This document shows, in pieces, positions 13,665 to 26,831 of a DNA stretch of 64,000 nucleotides. The notes beneath the pieces are model-generated. The model saw only the letters and a list, made by a program, of their open reading frames with translations. It had not been told where the DNA came from and did not search any database. Each line of letters opens with the position of its first letter. The first letter of the stretch is position 1. Origin of the DNA: Podarcis liolepis (Eukaryota); assembly GCA_965112155.1 (NCBI GenBank), contig OZ218099.1; one strand, written 5' to 3'. Made by a program: the position numbers and the translations under genes.

Positions 13665-16600
13665 GTAGGTGATGCCCATAATTACTCTTGTACTTTCCAA
13701 CTGCAGGGGCAACATATAGTGGATAATTTAATATCCATCCATCTTGCGCTCAGCAGTTGTTTGCTTTCCCCCGCTATCTGTATATTTTGCCTTGTAGTTT
13801 AGTGTTATTAAATACTTAACTGGTTTGTAAAATTATGGGTTGTAAAATTTAAGGAGAACATCTAATATACGTAAGCTTATTTTTAACACAAACACTGTAT
13901 ATATACTGAGACCCTTTATCTCTAGGTTCCTGGTTTTAAATCCAGCTCAGGTTTATTATTCTTAAATGCAGTTTTGCAGTGGACAGGTCAGGGTCCTTTG
14001 TGGAACAAGCTAGTTGCCCTGCTACAGTAGTTTTCATTTTTTCTACTTATCTACTTGTACCAGTGTGCTTTCGAACTGCTAGGTTGGCAGGAGCGTGGGA
14101 CACAGCAACGGGAGCTCACCCCATCATGTGGATTCGAACTGCCGACCTTCCATTCGGCAAGCCCAGGAGGCACAGTGGTTTAGACCACAGCGCCACCTGC
14201 GTCCCACTCATTTCTTGTAATACTCTTTTAACAACACTGGGCTATAAAATAACTTGAAGTGAAGGCAGAATTGAGCCCTGTACTCAGTCCAGTTATCAGC
14301 AAATATACTGGCATGTTTCATAACATGTAGTCATCAAGTATAATAGGAGTAGAAGAAGGCGTGAACAGTATGCTTTATGGAATATTAAATGTTCTTCGCC
14401 CTGCTTTTTCCAGCAGCTGTGTCTTTGAGCTACATAAGTGAATTCTGGCCTACAAGGAATCCATTCTGTCTTGTTCCCTCCTCTCCCTGAATTTGTAGGG
14501 TGGAACATGCCATATTTTTTTCTGTGTAGCCATGCCTCTGCTGAGTCCTGTTGAGGGTCAATATTTGGGTTTTGCATAGCAACAAATTAAGGTTTGCTAC
14601 CAAATAAATAGGTCAGTACCAACAAGGAGTTGCATCCAGTGTGGACTGCTTCACACTTTGCTTGTTAGTCAGGTTTCACTTGTGTATGCTGCAGTAGAGC
14701 ACACAAAGTATGAATGCAGAGGTGGACATTTGTAAACACAATGGACAGGCTACCTGAGAGACACATCACATTGCATCTCCCTGATACATCTTTAGTGGGT
14801 CCTTGAACATTTAAGGATTCACATAACTTTCACGTTGACCTCAGCAACTGTCATACATTTATATGTAAGATAGACACAATTGCCATATTCAAACTTTGCT
14901 GTTATGGTGATGTTTAACCCATTCCCATGTATTCAGTAATAAATACTAAATAATAATAAATTATGGAAGGAATTTAGCATTGCACTATTATGATGATTCT
15001 CTCAGCTTGCCATACAGGATGATCTCCTCCCTGCCCCCAGGTATGCTTTTCTGGAGGTTCCCACAACCACTGGAACCAATTTGATCTTCCCAAGATCACC
15101 CTACCTTGATTTGTGCTCAGCTTGTGTTTTCTGTGGAAAGTCTTGATAATAGGTGGCTGTTTTATGGTAAAATAACGCTGGAAAAAGATTCTATATAGAT
15201 GGCCAGGAAAATAAAAGGAAAAGAAAAGAAAAGAAAAGAAAAGAAAGAATTCTAAAATTCCATAGACAGAATTCTACAGAAAACAGGAAGGTGAGGCAGA
15301 TACCAGCAGCCACTGAAGAAAGGGAAACATGGTAAATAAATATTAGGAGAGGAATTCTGGAGAAGAAAATGGGAGCAAGGTCTGAAAACTCTGGAGATAA
15401 ACTGCGTTTTTGCAGGGATCTTGAAGTCAAGGAGAGCACAATGGCAAGTGCTTTGCATACAGTGGTGCCTCGCAAGACGAAATTAATCCGTTCCGTGAGT
15501 CTCTTCGTCTTGCGGTTTTTCCGTCTTGCGAAGCACGGCTATTAGTGGCTTAGCGGCTATTAGTGGCTTAGCGGCTATTAGTGGCTTAGCGGCTATTAAC
15601 GGCTTAGCGGCTTTAAGAAAAAGGAAACAAACTCGCAAGAACTCGCAAGACGTTTCGTCTTGCGAAGCAAGCCCATAGGGAAATTCGTCTTGCGGAACGG
15701 CTCAAAAAATGGAAAACTCTTTCGTCTAGCGAGTTTTTCGTCTTGCGAGGCACCACTGTATTTGGTCATGGGATTCCTTGGGAATACAAAGATTGGATAA
15801 TGTATTGTATACAAAGGCTAGGAATAGTTCCAAGCCGAAGGGAATTGTGAAGGTTAGAGGGCATGGCCTATATGCAGTTTAGGTATTGCCCAGAGAGTTA
15901 AGAAACACTGGAAAAAGGAAAAACAGATGGAATGTGTTATATTTGCAGTTGTGTTTTAGAGTTCCCATTTCATCTTCTATGTAACAGGCAGTTCTTTACT
16001 TGGATCATTCTGTTCTGCCCATTACTTCCTAAGCAAACAGTTGAGCTGCTTACTATTTGTACTCTGGAATGTATAATGGCTTTACAGCTGTAGAATAATT
16101 GTGCCCAGAAGAATTGTATAGTGTCTCCAGAACAAAGCAGAACCGTCCCATGCCTGCTATTATAACTTTCTCAAGCAGCTTTGATCAGCATTCGTTTGGT
16201 GGGGGAGGGTATGGTATTTTTGTTACTCTTAATAGTTAGCATATAGAGATCCATATTGTTATGCTATAACCGGGGATATTTTTGTAAAGTGTCTTCTTGG
16301 GGCCATATTACGTGCTAATGTTCAAAGCATTTTTTTATTGTGTGCTTAGAATTGGCCCTATCCTTTTCTTTAGAAAAAACAGGGGTGTGGGTGTTCATGT
16401 TGATTTTGGATTGGGGCTGGAAGAGAGGTTAGCTGTTGAGCCTTCACTGTTTTCCCTGGAAAATCGCCCTATACAGAAGCTTTTTTGCCCCAGAAGGTGA
16501 TAGCAAATTGTGGGTAGTGCTGGAGGAGATTGCCTAGAAAATAGCAATGGGTAAAGGATCAAAATCTGGATCAGGATTAGGATCTACTGCAGTTAACTTT

Positions 16601-19600
16601 TCTAAAAGGAGAGACATGACACAGTGCCTAAAGCACTTTTAATGTGCCATGCAGTTTGGCCCTTAGTCGCAGATTGGCTACCAACATGTCATATTCTTTA
16701 TGGAGGGGGTGGAGGACCTTAGGCCAGGGGACCAAATATGGTCCTTAGTAATCTTTCCAGACCATGCTTCCTCTCCAAGCCACACCTGTGGCCAGCCTTG
16801 CACTGCGGCCTACTCAAATGTTTTTGTTAGGCTGGAATGTGTCCCATGAATTGAGTCCTGAACTGAAGAAAATACTGCCTAAAAAAAGGGAATATTCATC
16901 CTCAAATATGGATTGTTGCATGATAATGATAGCATAAGTCAGCCTTCCCCAACTTGCTATCTTCCCATCATCGTAAACTACTGGACAAGGTGTGGTGGTT
17001 AGACTTCTGGACTAGTACCTTGGAGATCAGATTTAAATCCTTACTCGGGCATGTATCTCATTGGTTGTCCTTGAGCTAGTTGCTGTTCTTCAGCCTAACC
17101 TTCCTTACAGGTTAGAGGTTATGCATTTCTCTTAAAAATACACAATTATGTCCCCCTTCTAACCCACTTGAAATGTTTTAATAATTAAGTATTTAAAGTT
17201 CATTCACCTGAGCTGATTAAAATGGTTCAGATGACATGTCAAAGCCCATGGGTTGTGGTTTGTTGCTCCCAGTTTGGCTTGGAGAGTGGAAGGAGTGAAG
17301 CAGGCGCTTTTGAGCAGCACATGGCTCATGTGGGTGAGCCCATAATAAGATATTAATGTGACATGCAAACACAGCTAGTTCTGTTTCCTTTAATTATGAT
17401 ATCTCTTCCTTTCTTATTCTTTCAGAGAATTCGTTCGACAGTGGATGAAAAGGAACAGAAACAGCTTTTAATGGATTTGGATGTAGTTATGCGAAGTAGT
17501 GATTGCCCATATATTGTTCAGTTTTATGGAGCACTCTTCAGAGAGGTGGGCACTCAAAATCTGCTTAGTTTGTAACGGATTTAGTTAATACGTTTTATGA
17601 CTTTTTAATGGGTAATGAAGCACATTAACTGAAGGGCAGGCAGTAGACAATTTGCAAGGGTAAACTAGTTTGGTGGGGGAGATGCATGTAAAGAAAACGT
17701 TAGCACTGCTTTATCTCTAAAATGCCTATTTCATTTCAGTGCTTCTCAAAAGGTTCATTATAATCATGTGTTATATGCTTGTGGCTTTCAAGCTTTCTAC
17801 CTTTTATTACATTTCACTTTTATCACATTCCTCCTCTTAAGGAGGTTGGGATGGTGTACATGGTTCTCTCCCATTTTTATCACAACAACCCTGCCAGGTA
17901 GGTTAAACTGAGATATAATAGCTGGCCCAAGATATTGAGAAGCCTAGTAAGCATCTGACTACTCCAGGGGTCATGAGGAATGCAATGCCATTGTATTTTG
18001 GGGTGGACAACTGCTATTGTATTCAAATGTCACATGCCACCTAACTAACGTATATACTCGTGTATAAGCCGACTTTTTCAGCACATTTTTTATGCTGAAA
18101 AAGCCCCCCTCGGCTTATACTCAAATGAGGGTCCCACCCGAGCGCATTTCCAGCATCCCCTCGTCGGAGCAAGCTGTTTGCTGCCACCGCTCGTGTTGCC
18201 ACAGCTCTGCCAAGCACAGCTCCTGTGCCTGCCCTTGCGAGCGGCAGAGGCTGTTGTTGGTGGTGGAGGAGGAGGAATGAGCCCTTTTGGGCTGCTCGTT
18301 CTTCCTCTGCCGCCACCAGCCTCTGCCTCTTGGCAGCACCCCAGGTAGGCAGAGAGACGGGAGGGGCTGGGGGGGAGAGAAGCCCCCTCTGCCGTATGTG
18401 CATGCACATACACGCTCTCCAGCCCACCAGGAGGTTTGTGGTGTGGTGAACCGGCTTATACTCAAGTCAATAAGTTTTCCCTGTTTTTTGTGGTGAATTT
18501 AGGTGCCTCGGCTTATATTCGAGTTGGCTTATACTCGACTATATACAGTAATTGATTAGACCAATTGTAATTTGACAAAAGAGGAAGCAGAATATTTTGT
18601 GAGGCAGACCAACTTGAAGTTTGTTCATAGAAATATATATGTTCTGGTTTGTCTCTCTTAGTAAGGCAAAGGTTTGCATCGGTGTTGGTTTGTATGTTCG
18701 AGGACCTTCTTTTCTATGCTTCCCTTTCCATCACAGCTTAGCAAGAGTTGCACATTGACCACCCCATATGTGTATTTCAGATTAACAATAGTAAAACATG
18801 TCTTGCTTACTGCTTTTTTATTCTTAGGGTGACTGTTGGATCTGTATGGAGCTCATGTCTACCTCGTTTGATAAGTTTTACAAATATGTATATAGTGTAT
18901 TAGATGACGTTATTCCAGAAGAAATTCTAGGCAAAATCACTTTAGCTGTAAGTATTCTTTCTGTTCTCACTGCTGCCTTTTTTGTGTGTGCACACTTCTG
19001 CTTTGATTTTCAAATCCAGGATCTAGGCGGGAGATGATTTGGCTTATTTAGGCTTGTTGCTGTGAACCATGCCTTATGGTTTACCCTATACTGCTCAGTC
19101 TCTGCCAGGGTGGCTTCAGAATTTTTTTTCTTGTGGTGGTGGAGGGGCACAGAAAGCACAAAATATACTTCTAGGTGGGTGGGTTGTGTCCCACATGCTA
19201 AGATCTCTGAAAGGAAAATAGCAGTATATGCCAATGACAGGAGTCCAGCAATGGGGAGGCAAGCGTGGGGGTGAGCTCCTTGGTTGGGGAGTGCACTGCC
19301 CCCTATCCCATGCCCCAGCACCACCCATGGCCCCTACTAGCACAAGCGGGAAACAAACCACAGTCTTACACAACCATTTCTATCACATTTTGTTTGCATT
19401 AACTACACTGTAACATGGTATAGCTATTAAATTTCTGCCTTATAAGCTGTCTGAGATGCATCTTTAAATTGTTTGGCTTTGAATTGTGTAATAGCAGGCA
19501 TTTTATTATATTTTTGTTCTCAATAAAATTTCTCCTTCTCTCCTAGACTGTGAAAGCACTAAACCACTTAAAAGAAAACTTGAAAATCATTCACAGAGGT

Positions 19601-22600
19601 AGGCTTTTTCTGTATTTGCCTTTCTTACTGTGTGGCATGTCTGTCACACACAGTTCTTCCTGAGCATTCCTATTATTATGCTATTTGGGGTATTCCACTT
19701 GATCATTTTATATTTCACTATGTCCATGTGAGTTTTGGTTCTCTTGGGCTACCAGTTGGAGGCTGACATTAGGACAGAGCCAATTGACAACACTCATTGG
19801 GTGTTACATTTTTTAAGTCACAAGTTTCTGTGTGGAGAACAGGGTCATAGTGCTATCGGAGGGGGTTTCTCCCATTTAAGTCTCTCACACACCAAAGCTG
19901 CTTAACAAGGCCAAAACCCTGTCATATGCGCTCCTCCGATTTTTCTTTTCGGACGGAGCTTTGCATGTTCCCTCGGCCCTAAAGGTGTTCAAGGCAAAAG
20001 TGGTTGCAGTGCTTGCTTATGCTGCCCCGCTCTGGGCCGTGATGACAGACCTTGCTCCCCTTGAGACTCTGCAAAGCCAATTCCTACGTCGGCTCCTAAT
20101 GCTCCCCCTGTGCGTAAGCAACGCAGCCATGCGACTAGAATTGAAGATCGCATCCTTAGAAACTTGCCTGTGGAAGCAAGTCTTCAATTACTGGTTATCA
20201 TTGTGGCATAGACTACCAAACCATTACCTTGTCCAATGCTTATGGCGAGATGAATTCTCCAGCCTTTGGACTAGTAAAATTCATGCCAAACTCCTGAGCT
20301 ATGGAATCTCTCCCTCAGATTCCCTAAAACTAGACCAAATCACTGCTCAAAGACTGATCCGTCAAAGACTGGATGACATCGACTTACAGCAAAATTATAT
20401 GCTGGGGGGAGGTGTTTGTTCGCCCCAGAACATTGGTATCACTTTAACTTACTGTGTTCCATCATACCTCTCCTCCCTTTCGACTGTTGCCCATAGACTG
20501 GCCTTTACCAAAGCGAGGTTCAACGTTTTCCCCTCCAATGTCCTGAGACATAGATTCTCAAAGGGCCAAGACCCCGCCACGTGCGAATGTGATAAGGTGA
20601 CGCCGGAGTCGCTCCAGCACATTATGTTCACCTGCCCCTTGTTCAATGTGCCACGGGCAAATTTGTTGGGATCAATCATACAGAAACTAGAGGGTACCCC
20701 ACCAAAATTCCATCTTGCCCAAATCTTGCAGGATAAGGATTCCCACACGACCCTGAAAGTGGCTAGGTTCCTGGTCGCAGTCCTCTCCCAAAAGCGACGC
20801 CAAGGAGCGCTACAAGCTAATTAAGGCGTAACTTGCCTTTCCATCTTATAGTATTTTATTGTTATCGCGGTGTTTTAGCGTCTGTTTTTTCTTTTTTCTT
20901 TTTTTTCTTTCCCCCCACGGCACAAGCTGTCACTTATGTGTTGTTTTTACCTGTATGGGCCTATGGCCGTAATAAATATTATCTCACCAAAGCTGCTGCC
21001 ATTGGTTGGTTGGTTGCTTGGCTGGCTGAGGTGCCTCGTTTGTTACTCCCTAACAAGCCAGGATTTGTAAGCCAATACCAAACCATGGTTTAAGGCTGGC
21101 TAGTGATCCTGGTTTGTAAGGGAGCAACAAACCGAGATGCTGAGTTCGGATATCATGGGAAGCAAGCTTGAATCCAGGTTCCTGGTTTATTTCTACTGTT
21201 GATTCCAAAGGGGGAGTGACTAGCTTACTGTGACATGCAGTTGCGGTTGCTGTCTTTAGTCGTGACTTGGTGTCTGACGCTATGTAACTTTCAGCAGTTA
21301 GAAACTGAAGTGCTTTGGTTGCTGCTTATCTGCTTAAATATGTTTCTGTTTTCCCACATCTGTTGCAGATATTAAACCTTCCAATATTCTTCTGGACAGA
21401 AACGGAAATATTAAACTCTGTGATTTCGGCATTAGTGGACAACTTGTAGATTCCATTGCCAAAACCAGAGATGCTGGCTGCCGGCCCTACATGGCAGTAA
21501 GTGGGATTTGAAAACTTATATGTGATGGGTGAGGTGTGAATAGAAATGGAATCCTTTCTTTTACTCCCTTTGTTGTATAGGCAGAAGCTAAATATTTTGT
21601 ACATGAATGGCTGAGGTTGAAATCATGCTTCAGCTTCACAAGCTAAAACTTAGATGAAGTTAGCTTGATGTGAGGCTTCTCCAGCTTAATCTTAGTACAT
21701 TACATCACTGCACACCCAAGGTAATGCTGAACAGCTTTTCTTGCAGTAATCAAATCTCTTTCATGCTTTAGTAACCTGGTCCCTCTACTGGCGAAGGTAT
21801 TGGAAGCATCCATTTTCTATGTGTTTGCATTTAGATGGTCATTTGTAGGAGGAATCTATAATGAGCTAGTAAAACCCTGTGGCTCCTATCAGAGCTTTTC
21901 CTGGGAAGAAGAGGCTCAGGAATAGAGTGAGGACATTTTGGGCCATGATGGTTACCATACAAAGGTGCAGGGAAATGGGGAACATACAGTTCAATGAAAT
22001 TCTTTTTGAGTAAATTAAGACTGAGAATTGCTCAGTAACATTCTATGAGGATGTTGGTGCCTTGTGGTAGCATGGATCAATAAAATACAGCTTTAGTTCC
22101 CAAATGTGGCAGAAAAATTGACTAGTCTAAGAGGGATGCCCCCTATTGCCATTTAAATAACAGACAGATGGTTACACATGATTTCCAAAAATACAGATTC
22201 TTTTGCCATTTGTTCTTAGTTGGATGTGTTAGTTTTTTTAAGGAGAAGTGATCCCAGATTCAAAGCCACAGATAACAGGGAAACAAAGCATATTCTTTCA
22301 GAAATACTGGCACCAGCCAAGTGAGACTAATACACTTGAGTTGTGACATTAAATAGCAGATGGTTTTGCCAAGCAGAACCAGATTGGACAAAAGTGCTGC
22401 AAAAGATTGCATAGTTCAGTACAATCATAACAATACAACATCATAAAATTCACAAATAAAATAGGGTAATTTTATATAGAATAATATCTAGACTTTAGGC
22501 ACCTAAAACGTTGAAATACGTTTAATACTTCACCGTGATGAAACTTGTATATAATCATTGTCCATGGCTTCCAAGCGGGAACCATGGGATCTAATTATCC

Positions 22601-25600
22601 TGAGAAGACTCATATTAAGGGCTTTCAGTTCAGACTCCAGATTCAGTACTTTGGAAAACAGTCTGCCTCAGTCAAAGATGCTTAAGGGGTTGCCTAATTT
22701 GGCTCAGTGTTCATCCAAGTCCAATTCCTTCCTACCCCTTCACTAGTGAGAAATCAAATTTCAGAAGGATAGCTGCAGTGATTTCCCCTCAAGGCCAGTC
22801 TTTGCAGTTTGGGGGTGGGTAAAAAAGGAATCACTTAAATATCCCCTAATGTTTACTTCATTTGCATAATTCATACCATGTTGCAGGATTCTGATTTGCT
22901 TTAAATAGAGTACTTGCAGCCCTGCATTAGGATTAGGATCATGGAAGGGACAGTTGGTGTTAAATGAATCCTCCTCCATATCCCACTTCAGTAAATTCTT
23001 GTCTTTTTCTTATATAACTGATATTCTTCCTCTAATTTCAGCCAGAGAGGATAGACCCCAGTGCATCCAGGCAAGGATATGATGTCCGCTCTGATGTCTG
23101 GAGCTTAGGGATTACATTGGTAAGTGAGAAATGCTAAGGGCTTTGCATGCTGCTGGAGATAAAACCCTAAAGCAGCTTGTGAAGCAGCTTTAGGAGAAGT
23201 AAAAGCTAAACTGGCATTACTCTTGTGAACATGTCTGCTGTGATAGGGCCCGCATTGCCTCCCTGAATAACAGACCTGTCTCAGCTTTCCTCTGCTACGC
23301 AGTTTGGCTTCCGTGGCTACTTTTTATCAGCAGTGACTTTACTCTGTTACTAGGGGGCAGCAATGCATGCTAAACCTCAAAAGAACCATGCTTTAAGCTA
23401 GGCAATCTGTTCCTTGCTGCCCCTTTAGAGCCAATGTAAGCCCAGCCTTCCTAGGTTTGGACCGACAACTGAAGACAGCAAACTTAGTAGGAGTGGAGAA
23501 GAGTGTATTGAAGCAGAAAGGTAGAAACCAAGGGTTCAGCCTAATCGGAGACAATTCCAGATTCGAAGGGGCTGGGCAAAGTACCCTCTCTGGGCACATA
23601 CACCCATAGCATTAGCCTAGTAGTCACCCCCAAAGTGGAGCTGGCTAGGGGTGGAAAAGGTGGCAGTGGTATCGAAGGGGAAAACCAGGTAGCATGTGCA
23701 GTGGACTCTTGGGTTGCGAACGTGATCCATGCGGGAAGCACGTTCGCAACCCGCAGCATCCGCAACCTGCAGCGCTGCATCTGCACACGCGCAGGTCACA
23801 ATTTGGTGCTTCTGCACATGCGCAAAGCTCCGAAACCCAGAAGTAACCCGTTCCAGTACTTCCAGTTTCGGCGTGGTGTGCAACCCAAAGCTTCTGTAAC
23901 CCGAGGTATGACTGTAGTATGTTTAGGAGGAATGGGTAGACATTGTTTCCTCTGCTTTTTTTATGAGAAGCTTGAGGTCCGTCAGCCAGAGACAAATGCA
24001 AAATAGGGGCTTGGGTTAGTGCAGAACACACACACACACCCTATTATTTCATGTTTTAGAGGTCAAGTGCTTGCCTGCTGATTTGTGAACATTTTAAATT
24101 TAAATTGAAGAAGCAGCTGGTAAGTTGCCCACTCGTTTCCCCAGCAATTGCCTGCACACCTCGTATGATTCTTCTTTTTAACAAAAGAAGTGGAAAGCAT
24201 TGCAGCTCTTCTACAGCAGCAAGACAGAATTTCTCCCCCATCTGTGGAAAGCAGTCTTGTGGGCTTTGCACAAATGGTAAAGTGTGAATACATCCAGTTG
24301 CAAAGACAAGGGAAAAAAATGTTTGTGGGGAGCAGGGGGGATTAAGATGCAGAGCGTTGAGTTCTTTAAAGTTACTGCTATGTCTAGGAATCTCTTTTGA
24401 GTACCAAAACTATTATTTCTCAGGCACAAGCCATCTCCTGCTTTCCCCCAAGCTTTCTTGATTTCAGCTGGCTAATTTGGGGGGTTGCTATTGTTAAATC
24501 ATTAGGAGTTAGAAACCTTGCACAGAGCTTCTGCTGGTGGGGCTTGTCTGGAGAATCCTCGCTCCCACCCTCCTGGCCCCATGAACTTTACAATGGCTAA
24601 TCTAGCCCATGTTGTTGCTTTTTGTTTCGGTGTAGTATGAACTGGCCACAGGACGGTTCCCCTATCCAAAATGGAATAGTGTATTTGATCAACTGACACA
24701 AGTAGTCAAGGGAGACCCACCACAGCTGAGTAACTCAGAGGAACGGGAATTCTCCCAAAGTTTTATCAACTTTGTCAACTTGTGGTGAGTATGCCTCGCT
24801 CTGGGGCTCTTCAGGGCATTAGTAAGTGGTTCTGGTTCAGGCTTCCAAGTCTGTCCCTCAGCAACTTGCATGTGACAGCAACATCCAAGAGCATTCATGT
24901 TGCTGGAAATTGTGCATTTTTCCTCCACTGAGGATGAAAGTGGGTTGGGTGGAGAAAGCTGCAGTATGAAGAGCCACTTGCAAGCCTTAAATTAATGCCA
25001 CATTTCCTGCATGTGTGATGGAAGTGGTGGCTTGGAGAGATTTAGACATGTGCTTCCCTGGTTGAGTTGCCACTCAACGTGAAGGCAACGGAGATCTTCC
25101 TTACTGACTTCTCACATTTGACAAATAGCACCGGGGTGGTGGGGAGGCCTTTCCTCAGGCTGTGTCTGTAGCAAGACTTTTTGTATCCCCTAATTACATC
25201 TTGGAGATCCGTTTGTTGTTGCCTCCTCGATATATGATAGAGGGAGCAGCAATTGCATCAAATAGAGTGCACACTGTAAATTGCAGAATATATATTTGCA
25301 GTGCCTCCTGCTGGGAGTTTGCCTACCTGCAGGTTTGTAGCTGTGATATTTTAAATGAATGTTGATAAGCTGTGTTTGCCTCATTGCAGCACAATTATTA
25401 CATTGTCCTGTGGATAAAACGAAGTGGATCTGAGTCAGTTGCTCTTGTTACATTTAGCACACCAGAATGGGCTCAGGAAGAGTTATGTGAGCAACTTAAC
25501 ATCATTTAGTATATTAGTCTACATCAGTGGTGATTTGGAGCCTTGCAGGAGCTAGAATAGTTAAAGATACCTTTAAGATGAAACAATTACCTTTGAGGCT

Positions 25601-26781
25601 GTAATCAAACGAAAGAGAAAGCAGAGGAGTGGTATTTAAAGGAGAATGATCAATGTACATTTTACAAACTGATTAGAGCAAGACAGTCACTTCAAATTCA
25701 CTACAGTGTTGATGTGCTGCCACCTGTTGGTTTGACATTTTTCTGCAGTGTTTTTAAAATGCAGTGAGTTAGCCTCTTGAGCCGATTTCTTAGAGGCAGG
25801 TGGGCAGGACAAGGCTGTTTTTAGTTGAGTGATGTGCTTTCCTCCTTAGAAAGGTGGGGAGCAGGTTTTGTGTTAAGCCCTTGAAAAGCAACTGTGGCAT
25901 TTTCCTCTCTGCTGAGCTCTCTATATTCATTTATGGCAGGTTATTGTAGTGCAAGAAGGATCTTTTTTTAGAATCCCCCTGTGTTTGTTTATGAAGGGTT
26001 AATTTCATGCTGCACAGGTCTTGAGAAAGAAGGAAAAGGAAACTTCCCTGATGCCAGGAAGTTGTTGAAAGGCTGTGTACTTCCTGCATTCAGAATTTTA
26101 AAACAATGGAGTGAGAGACATACTGATAGGTTGCAGACTTCAGAGTGCTTCTGCTTATATTGCAGCATTTTCTTGGTTACCTGCAGTCCAAGAACAGTCC
26201 TGGGATTCTCAATACATTCAATATACTGTGAGCCTAATAGGCAATACAGAGGTGAAAATACGGTGCCTAGGGCTCCTGCATAGTTTGGTAGAAAGAGGAA
26301 TTTCAATAGTGCATCTTGTCTTGCATGGCTCATCTGCTGAAATTCCCACTGCTATACAGCTTGCAGAAGCCCTGTCCTCTTTTTAAAATTTATTTCTTTA
26401 ACTGGTTGCCCTGGGTGAAAGAGAAGGCAGGTCACTATCACTGTATGAGTTGGTTTGATAGCCACAGCCTTTGGACAGAGAGGTGACTTAAATGACCATT
26501 AATGATCATCATCATACATATAGGTGCATTCATGCGATAGAATTGCAGACTCTGACAGTGTGCAATGTCTTAACTGCCCAACACTTAATTTCAGATGTTT
26601 TTTCTGCTAATGTTCTGTCACCCTAATCCTCTTACTGATCTTTTTAGCCTTACAAAGGACGAGTCCAAAAGGCCAAAGTATAAGGAGCTTCTGGTGAGTA
26701 TGATGGGATATGTGAATGCATGAGACTAGAACTGGCTAAGACTTTAAGGACTTTAAACACTTTTAACTCTTTTGAAGCTTG

Positions 26782-26831
<50 letters not shown>

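Noticed and set aside
13665-14300. miR-744, which lies in a MAP2K4 intron near exon 3 in mammals
   Set aside because: No matching GC-rich hairpin is visible; the interval is AT-rich sequence plus a Sauria SINE fragment.
15536-15607. CRISPR-like array
   Set aside because: Head-to-tail repeats with no spacers, inside a eukaryotic MITE.
16732-16741. Perfect CArG box CCAAATATGG
   Set aside because: An isolated 10-mer within a hAT-like repeat remnant, with no other support.
18041-18496. Stack of overlapping ORFs (also 23617-24037, 36858-37399, 37900-38319)
   Set aside because: They arise from GC-rich MITE or SINE interiors and have no recognisable domains.
19961-20824. 287-aa ORF as a novel host gene or MAP2K4 exon
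   Set aside because: It is bounded by a TSD, lacks a true start and has LINE ORF2 C-terminal motifs.
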